DNA from: an uncultured delta proteobacterium
GTDB lineage: Bacteria > Myxococcota_A > UBA9160 > SZUA-336
Direction: 5' to 3'
Length of the DNA stretch: 64,000 nt
Assembly: GCA_963707945.1 (NCBI GenBank)
Contig: CAVPRM010000002.1
Coordinates: 17,819 to 81,818, forward strand
The notes beneath the pieces are model-generated. The model made no database searches and was not told where the DNA came from. It saw only the letters and a list, made by a program, of their open reading frames with translations. The first letter of the stretch is position 1. Each line of letters starts with the position of its first letter. Below are positions 21,432 through 30,275 of the stretch, piece after piece. Position numbers and translations under genes: made by a program.

Positions 21432-21767
21432 GTGGCAGCCCCGCTGGCGAACGGCTCGTTCGTATCGGGCCTGTTTCGCGTCTTCGAAGCAGGCGAGCGT
21501 CTGCTCGTCGAGCAGGCCGAGCTGTTCCGGCTCGACTCGCGCGAGAAGCTGGGCTCGTTCGCGGCGCGCTTCGGGCTCGGCGCGCTCGGCGTGCTCTGCC
21601 TGCTCACCGCGTGGCTGGGGCTGCTGGCCGCGGCGGTCGTCCAGTTCGATCAGACGCTCACGCTCGGCGGACGACTGGCCCTGGCCGCATTGGCGCAGCT
21701 CGCGCTCGGCATCGCTCTGATCGCCGCAGCGCGCAGGAACATCAAGGGAGAAGGCAATGCATCATGA
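21432..21767 (+). CDS. YqjE/holin-X-like two-TM protein
   Basis: EQAELFRLD helix then two TM segments; typical context. Confidence 0.6.
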   Translation: MAAPLANGSFVSGLFRVFEAGERLLVEQAELFRLDSREKLGSFAARFGLGALGVLCLLTAWLGLLAAAVVQFDQTLTLGGRLALAALAQLALGIALIAAARRNIKGEGNAS

Positions 21768-21999
21768 AGCGGAACGCGAACGGCTCGAGAGCAACATCGA
21801 GCAGCACAAGAGCGAGCTGCGCCGCGCGCTGCGCGACCTGGGCATCTCGGCGCTGATCGCGATGAACCTGCCGCGCCGCATCCTGCGCAGACCGGTGCCT
21901 TGGGCGATCGCGGGGGTCGGCGTGGCGGCGTTCCTGTACGTTCGGGCACGGCGCCGGCGAGCGCAGGCGCCGTGGCACCTGCGCTCGCGGGGTCACTAG
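21757..21999 (+). CDS. DUF3618-like small protein
   Basis: Coiled coil LESNIEQHKSEL, C-terminal TM and basic tail; overlaps upstream stop. Confidence 0.55.
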   Translation: MHHEAERERLESNIEQHKSELRRALRDLGISALIAMNLPRRILRRPVPWAIAGVGVAAFLYVRARRRRAQAPWHLRSRGH

Positions 22000-22358
22000 G
22001 ACGAGGCCGCCTCGCTCCGGCGCGTGCGCTCGCGCTCGAGCGAGGTCGGTCGCGAGTGCTCCTTCCGGTACTCGCGAGCGCGCGTCGCGAGCTCGCTCGC
22101 ACGCTTCTGCAGGCGCTTGGCTCCCTTGCGCGTGTTCGCACGGAGCTCCTGGCCGCTCGTCGGCGCCAGGTAGAGAGCCGTGATCGCGCCGAAGCCGAGC
22201 AGCGCCAGCGCGCCGAGCACGCGCGGCGTGCGCGACGGACGCCGCGCGGACCAGGTGATGCTGGGCACGATCGCGCGCAGCAAGCCGTACACGTCGCCGC
22301 CGAGCTCCGAGGCGGAGCGCGGCCGGACGTTTCGCGGGCGAATGTTCTGGAGGGTCAT
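21996..22358 (-). CDS. YtxH-domain protein
   Basis: GAITALYLAPTSGQELR; GGAG RBS. Confidence 0.65.
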   Translation of the reverse strand: MTLQNIRPRNVRPRSASELGGDVYGLLRAIVPSITWSARRPSRTPRVLGALALLGFGAITALYLAPTSGQELRANTRKGAKRLQKRASELATRAREYRKEHSRPTSLERERTRRSEAASS

Positions 22359-22367
22359 CGAGGTCTC

Positions 22368-22583
22368 CTAACCGTTCGTGCGGCCGCGGCCGCGGTCGTC
22401 TTCCAGCGCGTCGAGCGTGTCGTCGATCTTCTGCTCGACCGCCTTCTTCACCTTGTGGGCCTTGTCCTTCACCACGCCGATCGCGTGATCACGCTTGCCT
22501 TCGCGCTCGAGGCTCTTGTTGCCCACGGCGCGACCAATCGCTTCCTTCGCTCGACCCTTCGCTTTGTCCACTTGTCCGGCCAT
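22368..22583 (-). CDS. CsbD-family general stress protein
   Basis: DKAKGRAKEAIGRAVGNKSLEREGK. Confidence 0.85.
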   Translation of the reverse strand: MAGQVDKAKGRAKEAIGRAVGNKSLEREGKRDHAIGVVKDKAHKVKKAVEQKIDDTLDALEDDRGRGRTNG

Positions 22584-22620
22584 CTCTGAATTCCTTTCGA
22601 GGTTTGGCAGCGCGGGACAA

Positions 22621-22636
22621 CGCAAGCGTCGTGCCA
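22621..22636 (-). promoter_or_regulatory. sigma54 -24/-12 promoter (csbD-like gene)
   Basis: TGGCACGACGCTTGCG. Confidence 0.78.
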
Positions 22637-22769
22637 CGCTCGCGCACCCGCGCCGTCGCCGAGACGCGCCGGGAGTGCTCGTTTCTACACAGCGCCCGGC
22701 CCGCTCGGGCAGAGCGCATGCAAATCCCGGGATTCGAAGGAGGAGGAGACCCCGGGCCGCTAGCCGCCT

Positions 22770-23048
22770 TCAGCGCGCGCTGCGTCTCGCCGCGTGAAGG
22801 TGATCCACGGCGCCGGTCTCGCCCGAGCGCGAGGCGCAGTGCGCGCAGCAGTACGTCATGTCACCGCTCTCGATGCCGTGTCCGATGATGCGGGTGCCGC
22901 AGTCGTCGCAGAGCGGCGCGAGCAGTTGGATCGCGCACTCGAAGCTGTCGAAGACGTGGGTCACGTCCTCCATCACGACGAGGAACGCCTTCGCGTAGTC
23001 GTTGCCGCAGACCTCGCAGGTCTTGTTGTTCCGGTTCATCGAGTCCAT
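22770..23048 (-). CDS. Cys-rich prokaryotic metallothionein-like protein
   Basis: CEVCGNDY, FDSFECAI, CDDCG..IIGHG, YCCAHC; AAGGAG RBS. Confidence 0.8.
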   Translation of the reverse strand: MDSMNRNNKTCEVCGNDYAKAFLVVMEDVTHVFDSFECAIQLLAPLCDDCGTRIIGHGIESGDMTYCCAHCASRSGETGAVDHLHAARRSAR

Positions 23049-23071
23049 CGGAGTCTCCTTCCTGGCAGGGG

Positions 23072-25223
23072 TCAGCTCGACAGGGAGACGACCAGATCCA
23101 GGTCGCCCGTCTGGCGCAACACGCGCAGGTCGACGTGGTCGCCCTCGCGCTCGCACAAGAGATCGATCGAATTGCCGTCGACTGCGAGCTCGCGGATCAC
23201 GAGCCAGTCGACGAACGAGGGCAGGGTGGGCCGCACGAGCCGGATCTGGCGTCTGCGCGCGTCGACCGAGAGACCCAGCACCGACTGCAGCAGCAGGAAC
23301 ACGCTCGCGGCCGACCAGGCCTGGGGCGAGCACGCGACCGGATAGGCCGTGGGCCCCTCCCCGGGCACGCGGGTGAAGCCGCACAGGAGCTCGGGCATGC
23401 GCGCATCGTCGAAATGGCGGCTCGCGTCGAAAGCTGCCGAGAGGATGCGGTTCACGCCCGCGATCGCGCCGAACCGGGCCAGGCCGTGCGCGACCAGAGC
23501 GTTGTCGTGCGGCCAGACCGAGCCGTTGTGGTACGACATCGGGTTGAAGCGCCTCGACGACGCTCCGAGCGTCCGTACGCCCCAGCCAGAGAAGAGATCG
23601 TCGGAGAGCAGCGTCTCGCCGACCAGCGCCGCGTGGTCGCGAGTGGCGATGCCGGCGAAGAGCGCGTGGCCGGCGTTCGAGCTGCGCACCCGGCAGGGAC
23701 GCTTCGCCCCGTCGAGCGCGAGCGCGTAGGTGTCGAGCTCGGGACACCAGAAGGCGTCGAGGAAGCGCGCGCGCAGGCGCTTGGCATCCTCCTCGAGCCC
23801 CTCGGCGCCGGAGGCGTCCCCGAGCCGCCGCAGGCAGCGCGCGAGCCCGAGCTTGGCGCCGTACACGTAGGCCTGCACCTCGCACAGCGCGATCGGTCCG
23901 CTCGCGAGCGAGCCGTCGGCGTGCGCGATCGAGTCGTGCGAGTCCTTCCACCCCTGGTTTGCGAGGCCGGTCGAGCGAGCGCTGCAGGTACTCGACGAAG
24001 CCGTCGCCGTCGGGATCGCCGGGGCCGTCGAGCCAGGCGAGCGCGCGCTCGAAGTTCGGCCAGAGCTCGCGCATGAGGTCGTCGTCGCCGGTGCGGTCGT
24101 GGTAGGCCCCGGCGAGGAGGAGGAACAGCGGGGTCGTGTCGACGCTGCCGTAGTAGCGCGCGAACGGCACTTCTCCGAGCGCGGCCATCTCGCCGCTGCG
24201 CATCTCGTGAACGATCTTGCCCGGCTCGGCGTCCTCGGCCGCATCGTGGCGATTCGACTGAGTCGCGGCCAGGAAGCGCAGCACGCCGCGCGTGAGCGCG
24301 GGGTCGAGCCAGAGCACCGAGTACGCCGCGATCAGCGCGTCGCGACCGAACGGCGTTCCGAACCAGGGCACCCCCGCGTAGGGGAACGGACCGGAGCGGG
24401 TCTCCGCGGTCAGCATCGAGAGGTCGGCGGCCGAGCGGCGGATCCAGGCGTCGAACGCGGGGTTCGACGAGCCGATGAACAGCGCCGAGGGGGGCTCGCG
24501 GCGCGGGGCGCGCGCCAGCGCGAACGCCCCGGAGCGGGTGCGCTGCTCGCCGCCGCGCAGCTCGCAGTCGACCACGAGCGAGAGCGCGCTGCGCTCGCCG
24601 GGCACGAGCTCGAGCTGGAACTGCGCGAAGTCCGGTCCGAGCGCGATGGGCGCGGGCTCGAAGGCGAGCCGGGTGTGCCGCGAGACCCGATCCAGCCCCA
24701 GGTAGGAGAGCTCGACGAAGTCGCGGCCGACGAGCGGTGTCGCCACGGTCCCGCGCTTCTCGCGCCGCGCGCCGCGCACCTCGAAGACGTCGGCGAAGTC
24801 CGCGGCGAAGCCGAACTCGAGCTCGACCGAGATCGGCTCCGGCGCGTAGCTGCGCAGCGCGAACTCCATCCGGCAGCCGCCGTCGAGCAGCTCGATCGAG
24901 CGGTGCAGGTAGACGCTCTCGCGCGGCAGGCGCAGGACCTCCCCGTCGCGCACGTCGGAATTCGTCGAGTGGATCGAAAGCCCTTCGTTCCCGCCGCGCG
25001 TTCCGGACGAGAGCAACAGAGGTCGCCTCCGCGCGAGCCGGACGCGCAGAGCCGACAGGAAGCGCGTGCCGTCGAAGAACAGGCCGTGCCGGCCGGTCGC
25101 AGTGGGGCGCAGGTCGCCGTGGCGATCGAACAGCGCGAAGCTGTCGCCGCGGGCGAGCACCAGGCCGCGAAAGTCGTCCCCCTCCTCGGCGAGGATCGGA
25201 AAACCGGTCTGCTCGGGGGTCAT
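23072..25223 (-). CDS. Amylo-alpha-1,6-glucosidase / glycogen-debranching family glycoside hydrolase (frameshift near 23975)
   Basis: ADFADVFEVRG, AGVPWF..FGRD, EPGKIVHE, YYGSVDTT, NQGWKDS, YHNGSVWPHD, YPVACSPQAW. Confidence 0.9.
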
Positions 25224-26257
25224 GCCAGGAATCGCTCGTACACGGCCGCGTAGTCGCGCGCCATCCGCTCGGCGGTGAAGCGGCGCTCGAACTCGGCGCG
25301 GCAGCGGCGGCGGTCGAGCTCGCCGATGCGCTCCACGGCCCGCACCGCCTCGTCGATCTCCGTGCAGAGGTAGCCCGAGACGCCGTCCTCGAGGACCTCG
25401 GGCACCGAGCCGTGCGGCCAGGCGATCACCGGAGTTCCGCAGGCGAGCGCCTCGATCATGATCAGCCCGAACGGCTCGGGCCAGTCGATCGGGAACAGCA
25501 CTGCGGCGGCGTTGCCGAGGAAGTCGTTCTTCTCGCCGTCGCCGAGCTCGCCGACGTACTCCACCAGCGGGTGGTCGAAGAGCGGCTGGATCTCGCGCTC
25601 GTAGTAGGCGCGATCGGCCGCGTCGATCTTGGCGGCGATGCGCAGCGGGCGGCCGGCGCGGACGGCGATCTCGATGGCGCGGTCGACCCGCTTCTCGGGC
25701 GAGATGCGGCCGAGGAACGCGAGGTAGCCGTCGCCGGCCGTCCCGGAAGCGGTACAGGTCCGGCGGCAGGCCGTGGTGGATCGTCGCCTGCCAGCGCGCG
25801 CCGCGGCAGCGGCCGCGCGCTGGTGGTCGGAGATCGAGATCACGCGCTGCTCGGGGTATTCGCGGAAGACCGGAACGAGCGAGGGCAGGTCCAGACGCCC
25901 GTGCAGGGTCGTCACGACCGGGCAACGCACGCGCCGCGCGAACGGGAACGCGAGGTAGTCCACGTGGGCGTGGATCACGTCGAACTCGTGCGCCCGCGAA
26001 AACGCCTCCTCGAGCATCACCAGGTGCGCCGCGATCGGATCGGGCGCGCCCGGATCGAGCCGCAGCGCTCGCGGCGCACACGGCACGAGCTCGGCCTTCG
26101 TCTGCGAGTCGCCCGAGGCGAACAACACCAGCTCGTGTCCGGCGGCGACCAGCGCCTCGGTCAGCCACGAGACCACCCGTTCGGTCCCGCCGTAGCCGGA
26201 CGGGGGCACCGACTCGTACAGCGGGGAGATCTGCGCGATCCGCATGCGCTGCATCAC
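25220..26257 (-). CDS. GT4 glycosyltransferase
   Basis: VPPSGYGGTERVV, FLGRISPEK, WPEPFGLIMIEALACGTP; compensating indels near 25740-25815. Confidence 0.92.
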   Translation of the reverse strand: MMQRMRIAQISPLYESVPPSGYGGTERVVSWLTEALVAAGHELVLFASGDSQTKAELVPCAPRALRLDPGAPDPIAAHLVMLEEAFSRAHEFDVIHAHVDYLAFPFARRVRCPVVTTLHGRLDLPSLVPVFREYPEQRVISISDHQRAAAAAARAGRRRSTTACRRTCTASGTAGDGYLAFLGRISPEKRVDRAIEIAVRAGRPLRIAAKIDAADRAYYEREIQPLFDHPLVEYVGELGDGEKNDFLGNAAAVLFPIDWPEPFGLIMIEALACGTPVIAWPHGSVPEVLEDGVSGYLCTEIDEAVRAVERIGELDRRRCRAEFERRFTAERMARDYAAVYERFLA

Positions 26258-26979
26258 TTGTCCTCCGGGAACTCGAACACGCGGTAGGGCGCGCCGAGCA
26301 CCGGCTGCGCCACGTTGCGCACGGCGACACCGCCGTGGGTCACGCCTTCCTCGCAGCCGAAGTGCGCGTGGCCGTGGAGCGCGAGGTCGGCGCCGGCCGC
26401 GTCGATCGCGTGGCCGAGCTCCTCGCAGCCCAGGAAGGGGTACAGCTCCCGGCGCTCGCCCATCAGCGTGTCGGGCACCGGCGCGTAGTGGAGCAGGGCG
26501 ATGCGCACGTCCGAGTCGAGCGCCGCGAGCGCCGCACAGAGCCGCTCCGACATGCTCCGGGTGCGCGCGGTGAAGGCCTTCATCTCCGGCTCGCCGAAGT
26601 CCGAGGCGCGCGCGTTCGCGAAGCCGCCGCCGAAGCCGGTCGTCCCGGCGATCCCCACGCTGCGCCCGCCGATCGACAGACGCACGTGGCTGCCCTCGAG
26701 CACGCAGACTTCCGCGCGTTCGAGGATCCGCCGCACGTCGTCCTCTTCGCCCGCGTCGAGGTCGTGGTTGCCGAGCACCGCGACGATCGGCAGCGGGACG
26801 TCCGCCAGCGCGCCCGCCAGGAAGCGCGCCTGCGCGCCCGTGCCGTTCTGGGTCAGATCGCCCGCGAGCAGCAGGAGGTCGGCGTCGTCGGCTAGCCCCG
26901 CGAACGCGTCGCGCCAGGCGCCGGCGCGCTCGTCGTCGACGTGAAGATCGCCCGTCGCGGCCACGCGCAGCCCCCTCAC
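26254..26979 (-). CDS. Calcineurin-like metallophosphoesterase
   Basis: GDLH, AGDLT, LGNHD, LHYAP, HGHAH. Confidence 0.9.
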   Translation of the reverse strand: MRGLRVAATGDLHVDDERAGAWRDAFAGLADDADLLLLAGDLTQNGTGAQARFLAGALADVPLPIVAVLGNHDLDAGEEDDVRRILERAEVCVLEGSHVRLSIGGRSVGIAGTTGFGGGFANARASDFGEPEMKAFTARTRSMSERLCAALAALDSDVRIALLHYAPVPDTLMGERRELYPFLGCEELGHAIDAAGADLALHGHAHFGCEEGVTHGGVAVRNVAQPVLGAPYRVFEFPEDK

Positions 26980-27602
26980 TCGAACAGCACCCGATTGGCG
27001 AGCTTGCGCAGCGCCACGCTCGGGACCCAGAGGTCGCAGGAGCTCGCGTACACCAGCAGCGCGAGGACCCGCCGCGGCGCGCGATCGGCCCGCGCGAGCA
27101 GGTAGTCCCAATCGAGGTCGCGCCGAGGGATCAGCGCCAGCGCGTCGTGCCAGTGCCGCGGCGTCTCCTCGTCGTGGACGATCGACTTGATCACGATCAG
27201 GTCCTCGGGCGGGATCACGCGCACCTCGCAGCCCAGCACGGTCTCCCTCCGCGCGCGGCGCAGCATCTCGCGATCGAGGTAGATGTCGCCGACCGTCTTG
27301 AACAACAGGTCGAGCAGGATCTCGCTGTGGAAGGCCTTGAAGAGCCATGCCGGGTTGGTCTTCTCCGTCTTGAACCCGACCTTCTCGAGCACCTCGAGCG
27401 CGTGCGGCGCCGACTCGGGCGCGACGAACAGGTCGATGTCGCTCGAGCAGCGCGGCCGGCCGAGCGCCGCGGAGGCGAGCCCGCCGATCAGGACGTAGGG
27501 GACCTCGGCGAGCTCGAAGGCATGTACGGCGCGCCGGAACACGGCGGCGAGGGCCTCGAGATCGCCCGTCGACCCTTCGTGTATGCAGGCACCGGGCAGC
27601 AT
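26976..27602 (-). CDS. Pol-beta superfamily nucleotidyltransferase of unknown function
   Basis: IGGLA..GRPR.SSDIDL motif; PPEDLIVIK; LDWDYL. Confidence 0.82.
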   Translation of the reverse strand: MLPGACIHEGSTGDLEALAAVFRRAVHAFELAEVPYVLIGGLASAALGRPRCSSDIDLFVAPESAPHALEVLEKVGFKTEKTNPAWLFKAFHSEILLDLLFKTVGDIYLDREMLRRARRETVLGCEVRVIPPEDLIVIKSIVHDEETPRHWHDALALIPRRDLDWDYLLARADRAPRRVLALLVYASSCDLWVPSVALRKLANRVLFE

Positions 27603-27614
27603 GACGCAAGGACG

Positions 27615-27630
27615 AGCAAGCCCCGTGCCG
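27615..27630 (-). promoter_or_regulatory. sigma54 -24/-12 promoter (nucleotidyltransferase operon)
   Basis: CGGCACGGGGCTTGCT. Confidence 0.72.
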
Positions 27631-27660
27631 CCACCGCCGGCAATGCGCTTTGTACAACCG

Positions 27661-28725
27661 TCACTTGAACTCGGCGGGCGCCGTGAACGCAATGCCCGAC
27701 TGATGCTCCGCGAGCACCTCGACCACGGCCAGGTAGAGGTCTTCGGCGATCGCGAAGTACTCGTCGAGCGAGCGGGTCATCACGTAGGCCGAGATCTCGA
27801 GGTTGATCGAGTACGCGCCGAAGCCCACCACCCGCACGCGCGCGCTGTCGCGCTCGATCTCCGTGCGCTTCGCGAGCAGCTCGCGGAGCGAGGCCAGGAT
27901 CGCGCGGAGCCGGTCGGGCGGAGTGTTCGAGCGCAGCGCCAAGGTCGGGTGGAACCAGATCTTGTCGCGCAGCCCGAAGTTCTCGAGCTGCAGATTCGCG
28001 AATTCGGCGTTGGGCACCGTCACCAGCGTGCGGTCGGGAGTGCGCACCCGGGTCGAGCGCAGGCCGATCTCCTCGACCTCGCCGAAGCGCTCGCCGAAGC
28101 GGCAGAACTGCCCGACCCGCACCGGCCGATCGAGGTAGAGCGTGACGCCGCCGAACAGGTTCTCGATGGACTTCTGCGCGGCGAGCGCGATCGCGATGCC
28201 ACCCAGCCCGACGCCGGCGAGCAGCGCCGTCACGTGCACTCCCGCGTTGTCCAGCACCATGATCGCCGCGATGCCGAGCGCGGCGATCTTCGCGGCGCGG
28301 TGCGCGAGCGCGAGCGTCGAGCTCGCCTGACCCTGGCCGCGCCGCTGGAAGCGGTGTCGGTAGTCGTCGGCCAGCAGGTCGAGCAGGCGCAGCACCTGCC
28401 AGAACCCGGCGATCACGAGCAGCGTGCTCTCGAGCGTCGCGAACAGCGCGGTGCTCGCCTTCGACAGCTCGATCGGCCTGCGCGCGAGCGAGAAGAAGAG
28501 CGCGAACAGCGCGAGCCGCAGAGGCCCGGCGGCGGTGCGCAGCAGGCGGTCGTCGAAGGTCGCCGGCGTGCGCCGGGTCATCGCGCCGAGCGCGCGCAGC
28601 ACGAGCAGCGACACGAGCCACGCGCCGGCGACCGCGAGCGCAAGGGCCGCGAACATGCCGAGCCATTCGGCCAGGTCGAGACGCGCGAGCGCCGCTTGCG
28701 CCTGCGCTAGGACGGGGACGGGCAT
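27661..28725 (-). CDS. MscS-family mechanosensitive channel
   Basis: GLGGIAIALAAQ, GEVEEIGLRST, VPNAEF. Confidence 0.93.
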   Translation of the reverse strand: MPVPVLAQAQAALARLDLAEWLGMFAALALAVAGAWLVSLLVLRALGAMTRRTPATFDDRLLRTAAGPLRLALFALFFSLARRPIELSKASTALFATLESTLLVIAGFWQVLRLLDLLADDYRHRFQRRGQGQASSTLALAHRAAKIAALGIAAIMVLDNAGVHVTALLAGVGLGGIAIALAAQKSIENLFGGVTLYLDRPVRVGQFCRFGERFGEVEEIGLRSTRVRTPDRTLVTVPNAEFANLQLENFGLRDKIWFHPTLALRSNTPPDRLRAILASLRELLAKRTEIERDSARVRVVGFGAYSINLEISAYVMTRSLDEYFAIAEDLYLAVVEVLAEHQSGIAFTAPAEFK

Positions 28726-28738
28726 CGCGGAGCCGTCG

Positions 28739-28770
28739 TGCAAGCCCCGGGCCGGGGCACGCCTCTTGCT
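28739..28770. promoter_or_regulatory. Abutting divergent sigma54 promoters (mscS minus, PLD plus)
   Basis: 28739-28754(-) CGGCCCGGGGCTTGCA; 28755-28770(+) GGGCACGCCTCTTGCT. Confidence 0.65.
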
Positions 28771-28784
28771 CCCTGTATCCGCGC

Positions 28785-30275
28785 ATGCAGGCCGCGCAAC
28801 ACGCCGTACCGGGACGAACCTGCTGGCGCACCGAGCGCGCGGGCCGAGTCGCGTTCCTCGTCGATGGCGCCCGCTACTTCGCCGCGCTCGCGCAGGCGCT
28901 CGAGCGGGTCGAGCGCAGCGTCCTGATCGTCGGCTGGGACTTCCACGGCCGCACGCGGCTTCGCCCGGACTCGCCGGTCGACGACCTCCCGGACGAGCTC
29001 GGGCCGCGGCTCGACGCGCTCGTGCGTCGGCGCCCGGAGCTCGAGGTCCGCGTGCTCGAGTGGGACTATTCGCTGCTCTACGCGCTCGAGCGCCGCTTCG
29101 CGTCGTGGCTCGACACGGCGTGGTCTCGCCACGAGCGCTTTCAATTGCGGCTCGACGACCAGCACCCTTTTGGCGCGAGCCAGCACCAGAAGCTGGTCGT
29201 GCTGGACGACGCGCTCGCCTTCACCGGTGGGCTCGACCTGACGCTGCGCCGCTGGGACACGTCCGAGCACCACTGTGACGACCCGCGCCGCGTCGCTCCC
29301 GACGGCCGTCCGTACGACCCGTTCCACGACGTGCAGATCGCCGTCGACGGCGCGGCGGCGCGCGCGCTCGGCGAGCTGGCCCGCGAGCGCTGGCGCCGTG
29401 CGACGGGCGAGGTGCTCGCCCCGGTTCGACCCGGCCCCGACCCGTGGCCCGACGCTCTCGAGCCCGACGCGGGCGACGCGCCCATCGCGATCGCGCGCAC
29501 CGAGCCCGCGCTCGACTCAGCGCCCCCGGTGCGCGAGGTGCAAGCGCTGCTGCGCGCGGCGATCGCCGGTGCGCGTCGCTCCATCTACATCGAGAGCCAG
29601 TACTTCACCGCGCCGTGCGCGGCCGAGGCGCTGCGCGCGCGGCTCGGCGAACGCGATGGCCCCGAGATCGTCCTGGTGCTGCCCGCGCGCTGCTCGGGCT
29701 GGATCGAGCAGAACACCATGGGCCGCTTGCGCGTCGACCTGGTGCGCTCGCTGCGCGAGGCGGACCGCTTCAAGCGCCTGCGCGTGCTGGCCCCTCTGGC
29801 CACCGGCGGCGCGCCGATCAACGTCCACTCGAAGCTCTGCATCGTCGACCGCACCTTTCTCAAGATCGGCTCGGCGAACCTGTCGGCGCGCTCGATGGCC
29901 ATGGATAGCGAGTGCGACCTCGTGCTCGAGAGCGGCGATCGGCCGGACTTGCGCAGGGCGATCGGCGGACTGCGCACCCGGCTCCTGGCGGAGCACCTGG
30001 GCGTTTCCGCGACTCAGTTCGAGGCGGCGCTCCTGCTGGCGCGCGGGTCGCTGGTCGCGGCGATCGACTCGCTCGCGGGCGGCGAGCGAGGGCTCGTGCC
30101 GGTCACCGGCTGCGAGCGGGCCGCAGGAGGCGACTGGATGCGCGCGCTGCCGATCGATCCCGAGGACCCGCTCCCGATCTCGGCCCCCGCCGCCAAGCGG
30201 GGCGGCCTCGCGGCGATCGGGGCGCTGCTGTGCGCCGCGGGCGCGCTCCTGTGGCTGCGCCGCGCCCGCGACTAG
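28785..30275 (+). CDS. Phospholipase D family protein
   Basis: Two HKD motifs: HQKLVVLDD and HSKLCIVD..GSAN; one C-terminal TM. Confidence 0.9.
   Translation: MQAAQHAVPGRTCWRTERAGRVAFLVDGARYFAALAQALERVERSVLIVGWDFHGRTRLRPDSPVDDLPDELGPRLDALVRRRPELEVRVLEWDYSLLYALERRFASWLDTAWSRHERFQLRLDDQHPFGASQHQKLVVLDDALAFTGGLDLTLRRWDTSEHHCDDPRRVAPDGRPYDPFHDVQIAVDGAAARALGELARERWRRATGEVLAPVRPGPDPWPDALEPDAGDAPIAIARTEPALDSAPPVREVQALLRAAIAGARRSIYIESQYFTAPCAAEALRARLGERDGPEIVLVLPARCSGWIEQNTMGRLRVDLVRSLREADRFKRLRVLAPLATGGAPINVHSKLCIVDRTFLKIGSANLSARSMAMDSECDLVLESGDRPDLRRAIGGLRTRLLAEHLGVSATQFEAALLLARGSLVAAIDSLAGGERGLVPVTGCERAAGGDWMRALPIDPEDPLPISAPAAKRGGLAAIGALLCAAGALLWLRRARD

Noticed and set aside
21432-21767. Holin as evidence of a prophage
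   Set aside because: YqjE/holin-X-like proteins are normal in stress clusters; no phage genes nearby
22770-26330. 1186-aa ORF as a giant fusion protein
   Set aside because: Stop-poor high-GC frame chaining off-frame GT4 sequence, the glucosidase N-half and the Cys-rich gene
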